64,000 nucleotides of DNA from an uncultured Planctomycetota bacterium (GTDB lineage: Bacteria > Planctomycetota > Planctomycetia > Gemmatales > Gemmataceae): assembly GCA_963849325.1 (NCBI GenBank), contig CAWKHF010000003.1:32001-96000 (forward strand). The letters run 5' to 3'. Below are positions 22,045 to 32,579 of the stretch, in pieces (the stretch's first letter is position 1; the number at the start of each line of letters is the position of its first letter). Both the position numbers and the translations under genes were made by a program. The notes below the pieces were generated by a model. It did no database searches. It saw nothing but the letters and a program-made list of their open reading frames with translations, and was not told where the DNA came from.

Positions 22045-22815
22045 ATGCCAGTACCCGACCAATCAATCTCCCCAGTCCCAGAGCCCGATCACCGCGACCC
22101 CGCCACCGAGCGTCAAGCAGTGGAGGCAGCCGCGGCAGGTACCCCCTTGCTTCCTCACCACGCTGCGCTGCTCACGTCTTCCGGCATCAACCCGGCTGTG
22201 GCCCGCCTTCGTGGCTACCGCACGGCCCAGCGGCAGGCCCAGCTCCAGCGGCTTGGCTTCGCCCGCAACCAGGGCAACGTTCCGGCCCTCGTCATTCCGG
22301 TGTACGGGCTGGACGGGATCGTCCGACTGTATCAGATCCGCCCCGACGAACCACGCGTTAACCGCGACGGACAGCTGGCGCGGTACGAGGTGCCACGCGG
22401 TGCTAGGCTCATCATCGACGTGCCCCCAGGCGGCAGGCAATTCATCCTCGATCCCGCGTTACGGTTGCTGGTCTGTGTCGGCGTCCGCAGCGCCGACGCG
22501 GCCGCAAGTCGGGGCATGGCCTGCATCGCCTTGCTCCACCCGCGGGGCTGGAGGAACAGCAGTGCCGACTGGGACCGGATTCCCCTGGCGGATCGTGAGG
22601 TCGCGATCGTCGTTGACTCCTCCGGCCACGCAACTCCCGAAGCCCTCGAAGGTGCCGCCGACCTTCGGTCCTTCCTCGCGAGGCGTAATGCTGCCGTCCG
22701 CGTCCTGGTCCTCCCTCCCGGCCCTGAGGGCCAGCGGCGGAACCTCGATGATTTCCTGGCTGCCGGCCACGGCGCGGATGACGTTCTGGTCGCTGCCGCC
22801 CGTCGATGTCCCTGA
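22045..22815 (+). CDS. DUF3854 / Toprim primase-like protein with degenerate catalytic motifs
   Basis: SGINPAVARLRGY, PALVIP, YQIRPDEPR, IDVPP and LDDFL; the expected TEGxxKAD reads CVGVRSAD. Confidence 0.7.
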   Translation: MPVPDQSISPVPEPDHRDPATERQAVEAAAAGTPLLPHHAALLTSSGINPAVARLRGYRTAQRQAQLQRLGFARNQGNVPALVIPVYGLDGIVRLYQIRPDEPRVNRDGQLARYEVPRGARLIIDVPPGGRQFILDPALRLLVCVGVRSADAAASRGMACIALLHPRGWRNSSADWDRIPLADREVAIVVDSSGHATPEALEGAADLRSFLARRNAAVRVLVLPPGPEGQRRNLDDFLAAGHGADDVLVAAARRCP

Positions 22816-22866
22816 CTGCCCGGCCCGTCCGTCGCCAAGTTCCATCAAGCCCAGTGCTTCGGCGAC

Positions 22867-23907
22867 GTGGGGCCGACAGGGCCAGTCTCCCCACCGGAAC
22901 CACCACTCTTAACAACGGGTGTGCGCGCGCTCGAACCGCTCCAGCGATTCCGGCTGCCCGTGCCCCAACACGGCGACGCCCTGATTGCGGCCGTTCGCCG
23001 CAGCCTGGAACTCCTCGACCTTGCCCCAGACTGCCTGACGTTACCCCTTCTGGCGGCCACTTACCGCGCACCGCTGGGTGACACCAACTACAGCCTGAGC
23101 GTTGACGGCGTAACCGGGAAGGGGAAGACGACCTTCATGGCGCTGTTCCAGCAGCATTCGGGGGCCGGCCTGGATTACGAGCACCTCCCTGCCGGCTTCG
23201 ATTCGACAGCCAACTGGCTGGAGGCCATCGCGTACTGCGCCAAGGACAACATGGTGGTCGTCGATGATCTGGTCATGCGCGGCTCCCGTAGCGATGTGGA
23301 CCGCGTAAACCGGGAAGCGGATCGATTCCTTCGCAGTCAGGCCAACCGCACCGGCCGTGGCCGGTGCAACGCCAATGGTACCCCGCGGCTCGCCCGCTCT
23401 TCCCGGTGCTTGCCCGTATGCACTCAGGAAGATGCCCCCTGGGGCCACTCGCTGAACTCGCGCGTCTTCCGTCTCGCCGTGTGTAACCTCGACGCGCCCG
23501 GGGGGCGGCATCCGCTCGCCGGGGCGGTTCTCCCACCTTCGCACGACCACGCCTCCGTGATGGCGGCGATCCGGGCCGTGAAGAGGTCCCTGGCCACCGT
23601 ATTTCCAGGACAGCACGACGCCATTGAATCCCACTCCTGCTGGCCTCTCATCGAGGCGATGGCTCTGGACCCGACCTACACCGAGAGGCAGCGGTTGGTC
23701 CTCCTGGCCAACCCCCACCACCTCTCCCCGTCAGACCTGGCCTTCCGCAAGGAGCTGATCCGAGCTTACCGAGTTGGTGACCTCCCCCCTCCCCAGCCCG
23801 GGCAGCGTGATCCACCAGTGGTCATGGCCCGTCCGAAAGCCCTGGGGTCCGCAGGTGAAGCCGGACCCCCAGTCAGTCCTCCTGTTCCGCATACACCGAG
23901 TGGCTGA
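22867..23907 (+). pseudogene. DUF927-like P-loop helicase/ATPase fragment (recognisable similarity ends ~23490)
   Basis: GVTGKGKTT Walker A, STANWLE, VVVDD Walker B, ANRTGRGR. Confidence 0.65.
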
Positions 23908-23997
23908 AGCAGGCATCCCGGTAACTCGGCGGACGACCTTTAGACGCCATGTGCCGGCAAGGTCAGGAACCCACCAGGTGGTTTTGGCCCTCCCAGT

Positions 23998-24777
23998 GTG
24001 GGAAACATTTTCAGAGTAAAGGTGGACGGAGTGGACAACTATGCCGGACCAATAATCCCTTTTTGCGGGAGGGCAGTAACCGTATATCTCATCCGTATTC
24101 AACAACCACCTGGAGACTACTGGCCCGGGTGGCGCATGCTTCTTACCCTGGGCGGCCAGACCAAAACTCTGAGGGAGTGGACATTACTGTCTAGGATCAG
24201 GCAGACGACAGTCTACCAACGAATCAAGCGGGGAGACTTCCCGCTCCAAGCCCTCACAACCTCAGACAGGGAGGGTAACCGCCTCAGGCTGACCACCGCG
24301 CGCTTTCCGTGCCGCAATGTTGGGTTCAACACTGATGGCCCCGTCACGCTATATGCACTATCCAGGGAAACCCTCGAATCCTTGCATGATGCCGTCTTCC
24401 GCGACGGTGGAACCACGAGGTTCGTGGACTCCATCGCTGAATTCGCCGAACGCGACCAGGTCGCTCTCCTCGGTCTCAAGACGGAGGTGGAGGACGCCAT
24501 CGGGCGGTTGAAGGATGCGGGCCAAGTTGCAATGTCGTTGCGATTGCCGTCCTGCCGCGACCACAATCTGCTCGTGGAACTGTTCCTGCGACGGCAGAGT
24601 CGGCTGTCAACGCAACAGACCCCTCCTGCTGGCGTCCTGCCGTTACGGACCACACAACACCTTCAAGAACGTCAGCAAGAACCTGGTTCACCCGACCGCA
24701 CGGAACCCGGTGGCCCTGGTCTCCCCGACGACTTGCCTACCGACGGCTCATGCGAAGTGGCCGCCGAGGTTGGGTGA
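23998..24777 (+). CDS. Hypothetical protein containing a phage HNH-endonuclease-type C-terminal DNA-binding segment
   Basis: LTLGGQTKTLREWTLLSRIRQTTVYQRIKRG pattern; no HNH catalytic motif seen. Confidence 0.4.
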   Translation: MGNIFRVKVDGVDNYAGPIIPFCGRAVTVYLIRIQQPPGDYWPGWRMLLTLGGQTKTLREWTLLSRIRQTTVYQRIKRGDFPLQALTTSDREGNRLRLTTARFPCRNVGFNTDGPVTLYALSRETLESLHDAVFRDGGTTRFVDSIAEFAERDQVALLGLKTEVEDAIGRLKDAGQVAMSLRLPSCRDHNLLVELFLRRQSRLSTQQTPPAGVLPLRTTQHLQERQQEPGSPDRTEPGGPGLPDDLPTDGSCEVAAEVG

Positions 24778-24872
24778 GGTTGCTTGGCGATGTGTCCCGA
24801 CCCGGCTCTTTCCCTTCACGGCCGGGTCGGGACACCTATCATTCAAAGCTACTTCTTCAAGGAGGGGAACAG

Positions 24873-25208
24873 GTGCCCGGCAAGAAATCCGTCCGCCTAC
24901 CCAACCGCCGACGGCGTCTTGGCGTCACCGGCTACCGTGGGGTCGTCGAACTGACCCACACCCGCTGGCTCGCCTGCGTCTCCAAGAATAGCCGCAAGTA
25001 CACCCTGGGTACTTTCGATTCGCCGCACCACGCCGCCGTGGCGGTGAATGTCGGCACCGAACTGCTCTATCCTGGAGTGCCGGCCCCGTACCTGAATGCC
25101 GTGCCCGACGAGCATCTGCCCGGCCCCGAATTGGCCCAGACCATCCGCCAGGAGGTCATCTGCCGCCTGGCCCGCTACGGCCTGGTACCCGCCGCGCCCC
25201 CGACCTGA
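24873..25208 (+). CDS. AP2-domain protein
   Basis: GYRGVV...WLACVS...YTLGTFDSPHHAAVAVN; AAGGAGG RBS before GTG. Confidence 0.7.
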   Translation: MPGKKSVRLPNRRRRLGVTGYRGVVELTHTRWLACVSKNSRKYTLGTFDSPHHAAVAVNVGTELLYPGVPAPYLNAVPDEHLPGPELAQTIRQEVICRLARYGLVPAAPPT

Positions 25209-25432
25209 AACGGGCCAGGCGACGACAGCCGCTGTCACCGGGTAGTCTCCCCTGCATAGATCGTGGTTGCGGCCGTCCTCGCCGCTGCCTCGGCCCGCCC
25301 CCTCCGATCCGTTTCGGATCCCACAGGCCGCCCGCGACCACCCCAGAATCCCAGGGATTATCCGGGTAATGCAGACAGAGGAGACATCTGTGACGGCCCG
25401 CGATCACCGTATGTTCTGAAAGGAGCAACCCC

Positions 25433-25885
25433 ATGAGAGATCAAACTGCTCTGGCGACCGGACCGGACGAAGTCGTCTTGGCTCTGGTGGACGACATTCG
25501 CACGCGGCTCAAGGGGGCCGATATCTCCGCTGCGGCCGCTGTCTACCGGAGTTTCGACGACCACGCCGCCCTGGGGGCCGCCATCGTGGAGGCTGCCGCC
25601 GAGACAGCCGGGACGGATCGCTCCTTCGAGGACGGCGTCCGGCGGTCCTGGTCGCCGACCCGGAGCGAGGAGTTCGCCTTCACCCGCCTCATCACGGAGT
25701 ACGAGGCCGTCTTCTGGTCCGTCCGCCGTGACCTCCTACAGAGCCACGCCGGGTTGACCCGCGGCCTCCCGTCCGATTCCCTCCGGGACTTCCTCGCGGC
25801 CCTGGACCGTCAGGTTCGCCGCGAACTCCTGGCCCGCATTCAGGCCGTGCCGCCTTCCCTGCCCGGGTTGACCCGCACAGCGTGA
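25433..25885 (+). CDS. Hypothetical protein
   Basis: AAGGAG RBS; coding-like codon usage; no recognised motif. Confidence 0.55.
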   Translation: MRDQTALATGPDEVVLALVDDIRTRLKGADISAAAAVYRSFDDHAALGAAIVEAAAETAGTDRSFEDGVRRSWSPTRSEEFAFTRLITEYEAVFWSVRRDLLQSHAGLTRGLPSDSLRDFLAALDRQVRRELLARIQAVPPSLPGLTRTA

Positions 25886-25934
25886 GCCCGGTGTAACACC
25901 AGGCAACGTCGCCCGATGGACTACGAGGTACGCC

Positions 25935-26545
25935 ATGCTGGCCCAGCCATCCGCCCTCTACACCACGATCCGCCGTGGGTTTCTCCAGTACGAAAACCCG
26001 CCGCCGGCCGTCGTCGAGGCAACCCGGCAGATCAGCCGAGCTTTCACGGCCCGCGGCGACGCCTTTCTCGCCAACGGCGAGTATCATCTGGCCGTCAGCG
26101 ACTACGGCGACGCCCTGAACCACCGCTTCCGAGGCCAGGGGGGCTGTCTGTACAACCCCGAGGCCCACCGGAACCGCAAGCATGGCCTGGCCTGCCTGGA
26201 GTGGTTCTTTCTGTCCAAGGGCAACCCGACCACCCCAACCCGGCCATGCCGACCTGGGCCCGCGACGCCGTTCGCAAGGCCAAGGTGCCGCACGGCTATC
26301 TCGTGGTAGCCGACGACAAAAGCATCCTGGTCCACGGCCCGCTCACTCCGGAGGCTCGCGAAGAGGCCATCGCGTTCGCCGACGAATTGGCCAATTCCCC
26401 CGACCTGCGGTTCAAGATCGACAACCTTTACCTGGCCGAGTCGGACGAGTTCGACAGGGTGGTCTATCGCCACGACGGAACAACCCTGGAAGAAGTGTAC
26501 CGGGCCCCTGCCCGCGACGAACACGGAGAACTCGTCCGCAAATGA
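25935..26545 (+). CDS. Hypothetical protein, paralog A (single TPR-like motif plus unknown domain; frameshift near 26225)
   Basis: Frames 25935 and 25916 together align by eye with 27638..28213. Confidence 0.6.
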
Positions 26546-26573
26546 TTTCGTGAACCTTCGAGGATACGGCACC

Positions 26574-27498
26574 ATGGATTTTGAAGCAGGAAACCCGGCG
26601 GGATCTTCCCCACCCCTGGAAGGGGTCGGCCGGGTGTACGAGGCCTACGCCCGGAGCCTGGAGGAAGTCTCCGGAACGGACGGGCCGGTGGCTGTTGAGA
26701 TTCCGGAGGAGTTCCGGCCGATACCGCTGGACGAGGGGCTACAGGCGTTGCGGGAGCAGACACAGGAACTCTGCCGCCTCGGCTTCGCCCTCCGCAACAG
26801 CCTGGCCGATCTCCTCTATGCATCAATCGGCACCGAACTAGGCGAGTATCACCGCACCGGCGAAGCCAGGCCGAATCCGGAGCTGGCCGGCAAGTTGCGG
26901 GAAACGAGCCACGCCTTGCAGGGTTGCCTGGCCCTCAGTGTGCAGGCCGCCTGGCTGCTCCGCCACTACCGGTGCTTGCCCGAGTTCCTCAAGCTTGCCG
27001 TAACCCCAACCGCCGACCTGCACCCGGACTGGCGACCGCCCGAACTGGGCCAGCCCGTGCCGCTGACCGACCCCGGATTGCCTGCCGAACTCGGCATCCC
27101 GCCACTCTCCCGGCCGCTGGACGATATGGCGAGGCAGCTCGGGGAGAACACGCGGCCGCCGCAACAGGCGGAGACGCATCTCCCTGAGGTTACCGGAATC
27201 CCTCCACCCCCGGCCCTACGCCGAGGGCATGCGACTCGTCTGGGACCACGCCGCGAAGGCGACGCGGGCGGCCGCCGCCCTGGCCCTGGCCGCCCTCTGT
27301 CAGACCATCGTCCGCACCGAGCTGGGGGAGGCCGCCCGCACCGGGTCGGTGGCCCCGGCCCCGGGACTGCCTCCGCTGGTCAGAGCTGCCGGGACCACTG
27401 CCTGCCTGCTGCTGGAAGAAGGGTGGAACATTGCGGGGTGTTTGTGCAGCCAGCCCAGACTGGACGAACTCGTGACCGGCCCCCGGCCGCACGGCTGA
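26574..27498 (+). CDS. Hypothetical protein (probable frameshift near 27200)
   Basis: Coding-like ORF 26550.. continuing in frame 27229..27498. Confidence 0.4.
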
Positions 27499-27637
27499 AT
27501 GCTCACGGCCGCCCCACCAAAGTTCGCCCTGGATGAACGGCGGAGTCTCCCGTTTGCCAGGAGGTACGAGTCGATTCAAGCGGCAGTCCCAAGTGCGGCC
27601 GCCGCCCGCCTGCTCAAGCTCAAGAGGGAATCCCACC

Positions 27638-28213
27638 ATGCCTGACATCACACCGCTCCATAGTTTCCGGCGACCGGACCCAGATCGACAATTGGCCGTA
27701 AAGAACCCTGGCGAATTTCACCTTTGCAACTCCTTCATAAGCCACACGTTCCAGGCTTGCGGCCGGTCGTTTCAGGACTGTGGCGAGTACCCTCAGGCAA
27801 TTGCCAGCTACGGGTTGGCCATTGAGTTTGACGACATCGACGAGAGGGTGGCCGAGGCGAAGCGTGACGTGCATCGTGCCATCAACCTCCTCTTCGATCC
27901 CAGCCTGGCTGAGCGGCACCCCTGGCCGGGCGACGGCTTTGCCCAGGCTCTTGTCCAAAGAATGGCTCTCCCCGACGGCTACCATGTGGTCGGCGGCGGC
28001 AACATCCTCGCCTCCTACCCGGCAACAGAACAAGGGTTACGGGCGGCCATCGCGGATGTCGACCACGTTGCGAGGGATGAAGGACTGCGACGCGACCTGT
28101 TCCACCAGAGGCTGACGGAGGACTACAAGTTCGACCCCGTGGTCTACCGCTGCGAGGGAGAGCTGGTCACAAAAGTTCAGGAGGTTCCCACAGCAGCCGC
28201 ATCCAAGGAGTGA
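27638..28213 (+). CDS. Hypothetical protein, paralog B
   Basis: AGAGGG RBS; similar to 25935..26545. Confidence 0.65.
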   Translation: MPDITPLHSFRRPDPDRQLAVKNPGEFHLCNSFISHTFQACGRSFQDCGEYPQAIASYGLAIEFDDIDERVAEAKRDVHRAINLLFDPSLAERHPWPGDGFAQALVQRMALPDGYHVVGGGNILASYPATEQGLRAAIADVDHVARDEGLRRDLFHQRLTEDYKFDPVVYRCEGELVTKVQEVPTAAASKE

Positions 28214-28251
28214 TCTTCTTGATCGATCCGCCCGCGAACGATGGAATGCGC

Positions 28252-28562
28252 ATGACTGAAGAGCAACCATTCGTGGGCGTATCTTCCGCCGAATCCGTCC
28301 CCCACGCCTGGCACGACCGGAAGGGGTCCGACGCATCGATCGCCTGGTACGGCGGCAAGTACTACCTGGCCGAATGGATCATCGGTCAGGTTCCGCCGCA
28401 CCGGGATTACGTCGAGCCTTTGGGGGCATGGCCAACGTCCTCCTGAAAAAGCACCCCAGCGAGGTCGAGGTTCTCAAAAACCTGGACGGCCGGGTGGTCA
28501 CGCACGTGCAGTTCTCCAACTCCGGCGGTTGCCAACGCGAACTGTTATGGATGAACGGATGA
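28252..28562 (+). pseudogene. Dam-family (D12) adenine methyltransferase with internal deletion
   Basis: IAWYGGKYYLAEWI, YVEP[F]GGMANVLL and EVEVLKNLDG joined almost directly to the C-terminal RELLWMN; DPPY region absent. Confidence 0.75.
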
Positions 28563-28670
28563 GTCACCGGACGTGGCGACACGCAGCCCGGAAACCGGCC
28601 GACGATCCGACCTGGCAAACCGGCATGCACGATCTCGAGCAGTCCCGCCCCGGCGACGAGTCGGGCGATA

Positions 28671-29357
28671 ATGGGACTGATGGCCCATAACCCGATTGGG
28701 AAAAGGAACCATGCACGACAATACACCCTGCCCGCGCTAATCGCCGCACTGCACCGACACCTTGGCGTCGTCTTTCACACCGCCACCGGCCTGGAACTCG
28801 GGGCCATTTCGGAGGCCCCGTTGCCGCCGAAGCCCACCCACGCCGCAGTGGTGCGTGATGTCGGCTCCCGCGTGGATCGGTTCGTCCGGTCGGCCGTCGT
28901 CGAGAACGCCTGGCGGATCCTGCACTACCGAAACCTCCGCTCACTCCTGGCGGAGGGGCCGACCGGTGACGACGGCGGGATGGGGGTAATGGGCGAAGCC
29001 GCGGCCAAGCGGCTCGGCCGGGACTTTCACTTCGGAACCCCCGCCGCCGAGGTATTGCAGCGGTACCGATTACCGGACCTCAAAGAGCCGCTGCGGCTGT
29101 ACGACGACTACCTGGGCAGCCTGCAGCGCGACCGCTGGGGGGCAGTGACCGTCCGCCGCATCCCGACCGCAATCTGCCCGCGGCCCTACCCGGAGGCTCT
29201 CGCCACGATCGGCAGCCACGCCCAGGAGGCTTTGCGGCTCGCTGGCGAACTTTCGCCGCGGATCGCGGACGTTTATCGACTGGGCCCGGTCCGAAGAGCA
29301 ACAATCCAAGCCGGCGACGGGCCACGCAGTCGATCTTCCGCAGCCCCCTCGGGTTGA
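28671..29357 (+). CDS. Hypothetical protein
   Basis: ORF with a plausible RBS and coding-like composition. Confidence 0.4.
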   Translation: MGLMAHNPIGKRNHARQYTLPALIAALHRHLGVVFHTATGLELGAISEAPLPPKPTHAAVVRDVGSRVDRFVRSAVVENAWRILHYRNLRSLLAEGPTGDDGGMGVMGEAAAKRLGRDFHFGTPAAEVLQRYRLPDLKEPLRLYDDYLGSLQRDRWGAVTVRRIPTAICPRPYPEALATIGSHAQEALRLAGELSPRIADVYRLGPVRRATIQAGDGPRSRSSAAPSG

Positions 29358-29499
29358 ACCGCCCGGCCCCGCCTGAACCGGCCCAAACCCAACCGTTCTC
29401 CCCTCCCCCCCGTTTGTGTCCCTTCCGCCGGGTAAGCCTCTGTGAACGAGGTTTTGGCGGCTCGCCTCGCGAGCCTTCCCCTCTCACAGGAGCTACGCC

Positions 29500-30150
29500 G
29501 TGACGCCACAATTCACCACGCCGCATATCATCGACGTGGCCCGGCTCCACGCCGGGTTTCTCACCATCCTGCCCGCCGTCGAGCGCCACGCCCGGTTCGC
29601 CCTCCGGCACTTGCACAGCTACCACGACCGCGAAGATGCCGTCGCCGAGACGGTCGCCGTGGCCTGGGCATGGTTCATCCGGCTGGCCCGGCGCGGCAAG
29701 GATGCCGCCACCTTCCCGTCGGCCCTCGCGTCTTACGCTTCCCGTCACGTCAAGAGTGGCCGACGCCTCTGCGGAACCGGGCAGGCCAGGGACGTGATGT
29801 CACCGACCGCGAGACGGCGGCGCGGCTTCTCGGTCGAGCGGCTTCCGCAAGCGTGTTCGCCCGGCCAGCCGGCCTGGGAGGAGGCTTTGATCGATAACAC
29901 CCAGTCCCCGGTCCCCGACCAGGTCGCCTTCCGGGTGGACTTCCCCGACTGGTTGGACACGCTCGGCGAGCGGGACCGCCGGATCACGGAGGCGATGGCG
30001 TCGGGGCATCGGACTCTCGACCTCGCCCGGGATTTCGACGTGAGCCCCGGCCGGGTCAGCCAGCTGCGGCGGGATCTCCAACACTCCTGGCATCGCTTCC
30101 ATGCGGAGGCGGGGACGGGAACCCCACGAAACACCGTCACGGCGGCTTGA
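29500..30150 (+). CDS. Sigma-70/ECF-like protein of planctomycete mobile elements
   Basis: DREDAVAETVAVAW (region 2-like) and LARDFDVSPGRVSQLRR (region 4 HTH); AGGAG RBS. Confidence 0.6.
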   Translation: MTPQFTTPHIIDVARLHAGFLTILPAVERHARFALRHLHSYHDREDAVAETVAVAWAWFIRLARRGKDAATFPSALASYASRHVKSGRRLCGTGQARDVMSPTARRRRGFSVERLPQACSPGQPAWEEALIDNTQSPVPDQVAFRVDFPDWLDTLGERDRRITEAMASGHRTLDLARDFDVSPGRVSQLRRDLQHSWHRFHAEAGTGTPRNTVTAA

Positions 30151-30192
30151 AATGGGAACATCTGCCCCGCAATTCTGTGAGCTATTCCCACC

Positions 30193-30765
30193 ATGAACCC
30201 TCACACCGAAGTAGCGAGGGCAGCCCGAATCGCCAGCACCCTCATCGACGCGGCCCTAGCAAACAAGGACATTCAGGGCTATCTCCGAGACCTGACCTCG
30301 CCGCGGCTCTGGACCGTTGATGGAATTCACCGCAACCCGACGTGTCGGATCGAATGGGAATTCGTCACAGTCATCGGCGGGGTCGGTGAGTCCCTGGCTG
30401 CCGCACGGCACAAGAATTGGGGACGGTTTCTCGGCGTTCAGCCCCTGGAGCCGGATGCCCCGGTACACTGGTGCCGCATCCTCTACATCTACAAGGACAC
30501 CAGCCCGTATAACCGCCGGGTCGAACAGCGGAAGGCCCTGAAGCGAATCCTGGGCCGCGAGCACCGCAAGCTGGTCACTCTCGCCGCCCGGTCCACCAAG
30601 AAGGACTTCCTGGCCCGCCACCTGACCGAAGCCGGAGCGTACGCCATCCGCCGTCGCCTCCGTCTCGATCCCGGCCAGTTCTGGCGTGCCGCCCGGGGCA
30701 ATGACTTTCTCGACCTGCCGCGGCCCTCGCGGCAACTCCTCCTGTTTCTGGATGGACCTCCCTGA
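30193..30765 (+). CDS. Hypothetical protein
   Basis: Intact 190-aa ORF co-oriented with its neighbours. Confidence 0.55.
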   Translation: MNPHTEVARAARIASTLIDAALANKDIQGYLRDLTSPRLWTVDGIHRNPTCRIEWEFVTVIGGVGESLAAARHKNWGRFLGVQPLEPDAPVHWCRILYIYKDTSPYNRRVEQRKALKRILGREHRKLVTLAARSTKKDFLARHLTEAGAYAIRRRLRLDPGQFWRAARGNDFLDLPRPSRQLLLFLDGPP

Positions 30766-31152
30766 ACCAGAGCTGCCGGCCGCCTCACCTCTTGCCGCCC
30801 TCACCCGTCCTGGGCCGGCGGCGGGGGTAGGCAGCGCCGGGCAGGCGGCACCCGACCGATCGCTCGAATTCGCGTTCCGCGTCACCGGGCTCGGAACAGA
30901 CCACTCAGTCCAGGGACAGGAACCCACTCATGGCCGGAGGCAAGATTCAGGCCGGGCAAAATGGGGCAATAGCGACCGGCTCTGCGTCCACGGGTACCGC
31001 GAACTCACCCAGGCCGAATGCCGGGCTAGGGAGATTCCGCACCACGGCATGTGCTGGCACGTCCTCGAATGCACGAGCTGCGGACGCCGCCTTTCCTACG
31101 ACTCCGGGGACTGATTCCGGTCCCCTTCACCCGCTTCTGGTGACACGACCCG

Positions 31153-31370
31153 ATGAAGCCGCGCAACCTCCTGACGCGGAGCAACGGCAAACTGGGCGAG
31201 GGCATTCACGCCTGGTCCCTGCCCGCCGTGGAAACCTGCCCCGGCCATTCCGCCCTGTGCGAGCGAGTCTGTTACGCCCGTACCGGACGCTACCGCACGC
31301 AGTTCATGCAGGACCGCCTGGCGGAAAACCTGGACGCCGCCCTGGCCGAGGACTTCGTCGCCCGCGTGAC
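31153..31370 (+). pseudogene. Phage Gp88-like protein, 5' fragment
   Basis: LLTRSNGKLG...WSLPAVETCPG...CERVCYA Cys motif; ends abruptly. Confidence 0.65.
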
Positions 31371-32476
31371 GGCCGACGCCACGTCCGGCCCCGCGCCCGG
31401 AGGAGCCGGGGCTCGGAGTTCCAGGCCATCCTGCGGATGACACGGGCCGAGTACGACGAGGCCTGCGCCTACCTCCGCTCGCTCCTCATCCCTCCCGGCG
31501 TCGCCGTCACCCTCAACGGCGGGGCACTGCGGCCGCGCAGCCCGTCCACGCCTTCGAGGCGAGCCTGGAGACGGAGGCTGCCGACGGGGAAGGAATCCTG
31601 CGCCGCCGGGTCCGCAAGGCCCGGGTGGAACTTTACGACCCGCTGCCCGGCGAGACGCCCACCCTGTACGAGTTGGGGCTGCCGGTGGTCGAGACGGCCG
31701 ACCGGTGGCACGTCAACGTCGGCCAGAAGGTGCCGCTGACCTTGAGCCGCGATAACGTGCCGCCTGCTTACCTGCGGGCACTGCGTACCCTGGTTCTCAA
31801 CGAGATGCACCGGCGGCTGAGTGAGGAGGACGTAAATGCCTCCTGGGTCCAGCAGGCCACGTCCGACCCCGAATGCTCACACGTGGCCATCACGACGTTC
31901 CTGGACCTCCGCTTCGGGACGAACCGGGCCTCCTACGACCCGACCGACCCCGAGGCGAACAAGGCGGTCCAGGCGGCCGGCGGCACCATCGTAACTGGGA
32001 GGATGCTCAGCCGGCAGCAATGGCAGAAGGCGCGGGAGGCCGCGGCCATCGAGCCGGCCAACCGGGTCAAGCCGACCGCCAGGCCGTACAGCCTGGACCC
32101 CGCCGCGCCGGCGGCGGAGGTGATACCGCCGGGCCAATGGAGCCCGGCAGTCCAGAACGTCGCCGACTACGCGACGTTCCTGGCGTGGGAGCTCATGGGG
32201 GTGACACTCACCGTCACCGTCGTCCGCACCGCCAACAACTTCCTGGCCTGCTACGGCGCGGGACGGCTGGACCTCAACCTGCTCCGCCTCGGCGACGGCT
32301 GGTTCGAGCGAGGCGCGGGCGAGGACGTGGACCGACTGCTGATCCACGAGTTCGGCCATCAGTTCTCCGGCGACCACCTCAGTGACGAGTACCACGACGC
32401 CCTGTGCCGGCTTGGGGCGAAGCTCAAGCGGCTGGCCCTGGAGCGGCCGGAAGCCATCCGACCTTTCCTGCGCTGA
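31371..32476 (+). pseudogene. 5'-truncated protein with a C-terminal HExxH metallopeptidase-like motif
   Basis: GSEFQAILRMTRAEYDE... (frameshift near 31545) ...LLIHEFGHQFSGDHLSDEYH. Confidence 0.55.
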
Positions 32477-32579
32477 GGACATCAGGACGGCCCATCGCCT
32501 GCGGCCGCTGCCGCGGGTTAGAAGGCAAGGAGGCGAACCGTGGCCGCCCCACCACCCCGCAGCCCCAAGGGAGACCCTG

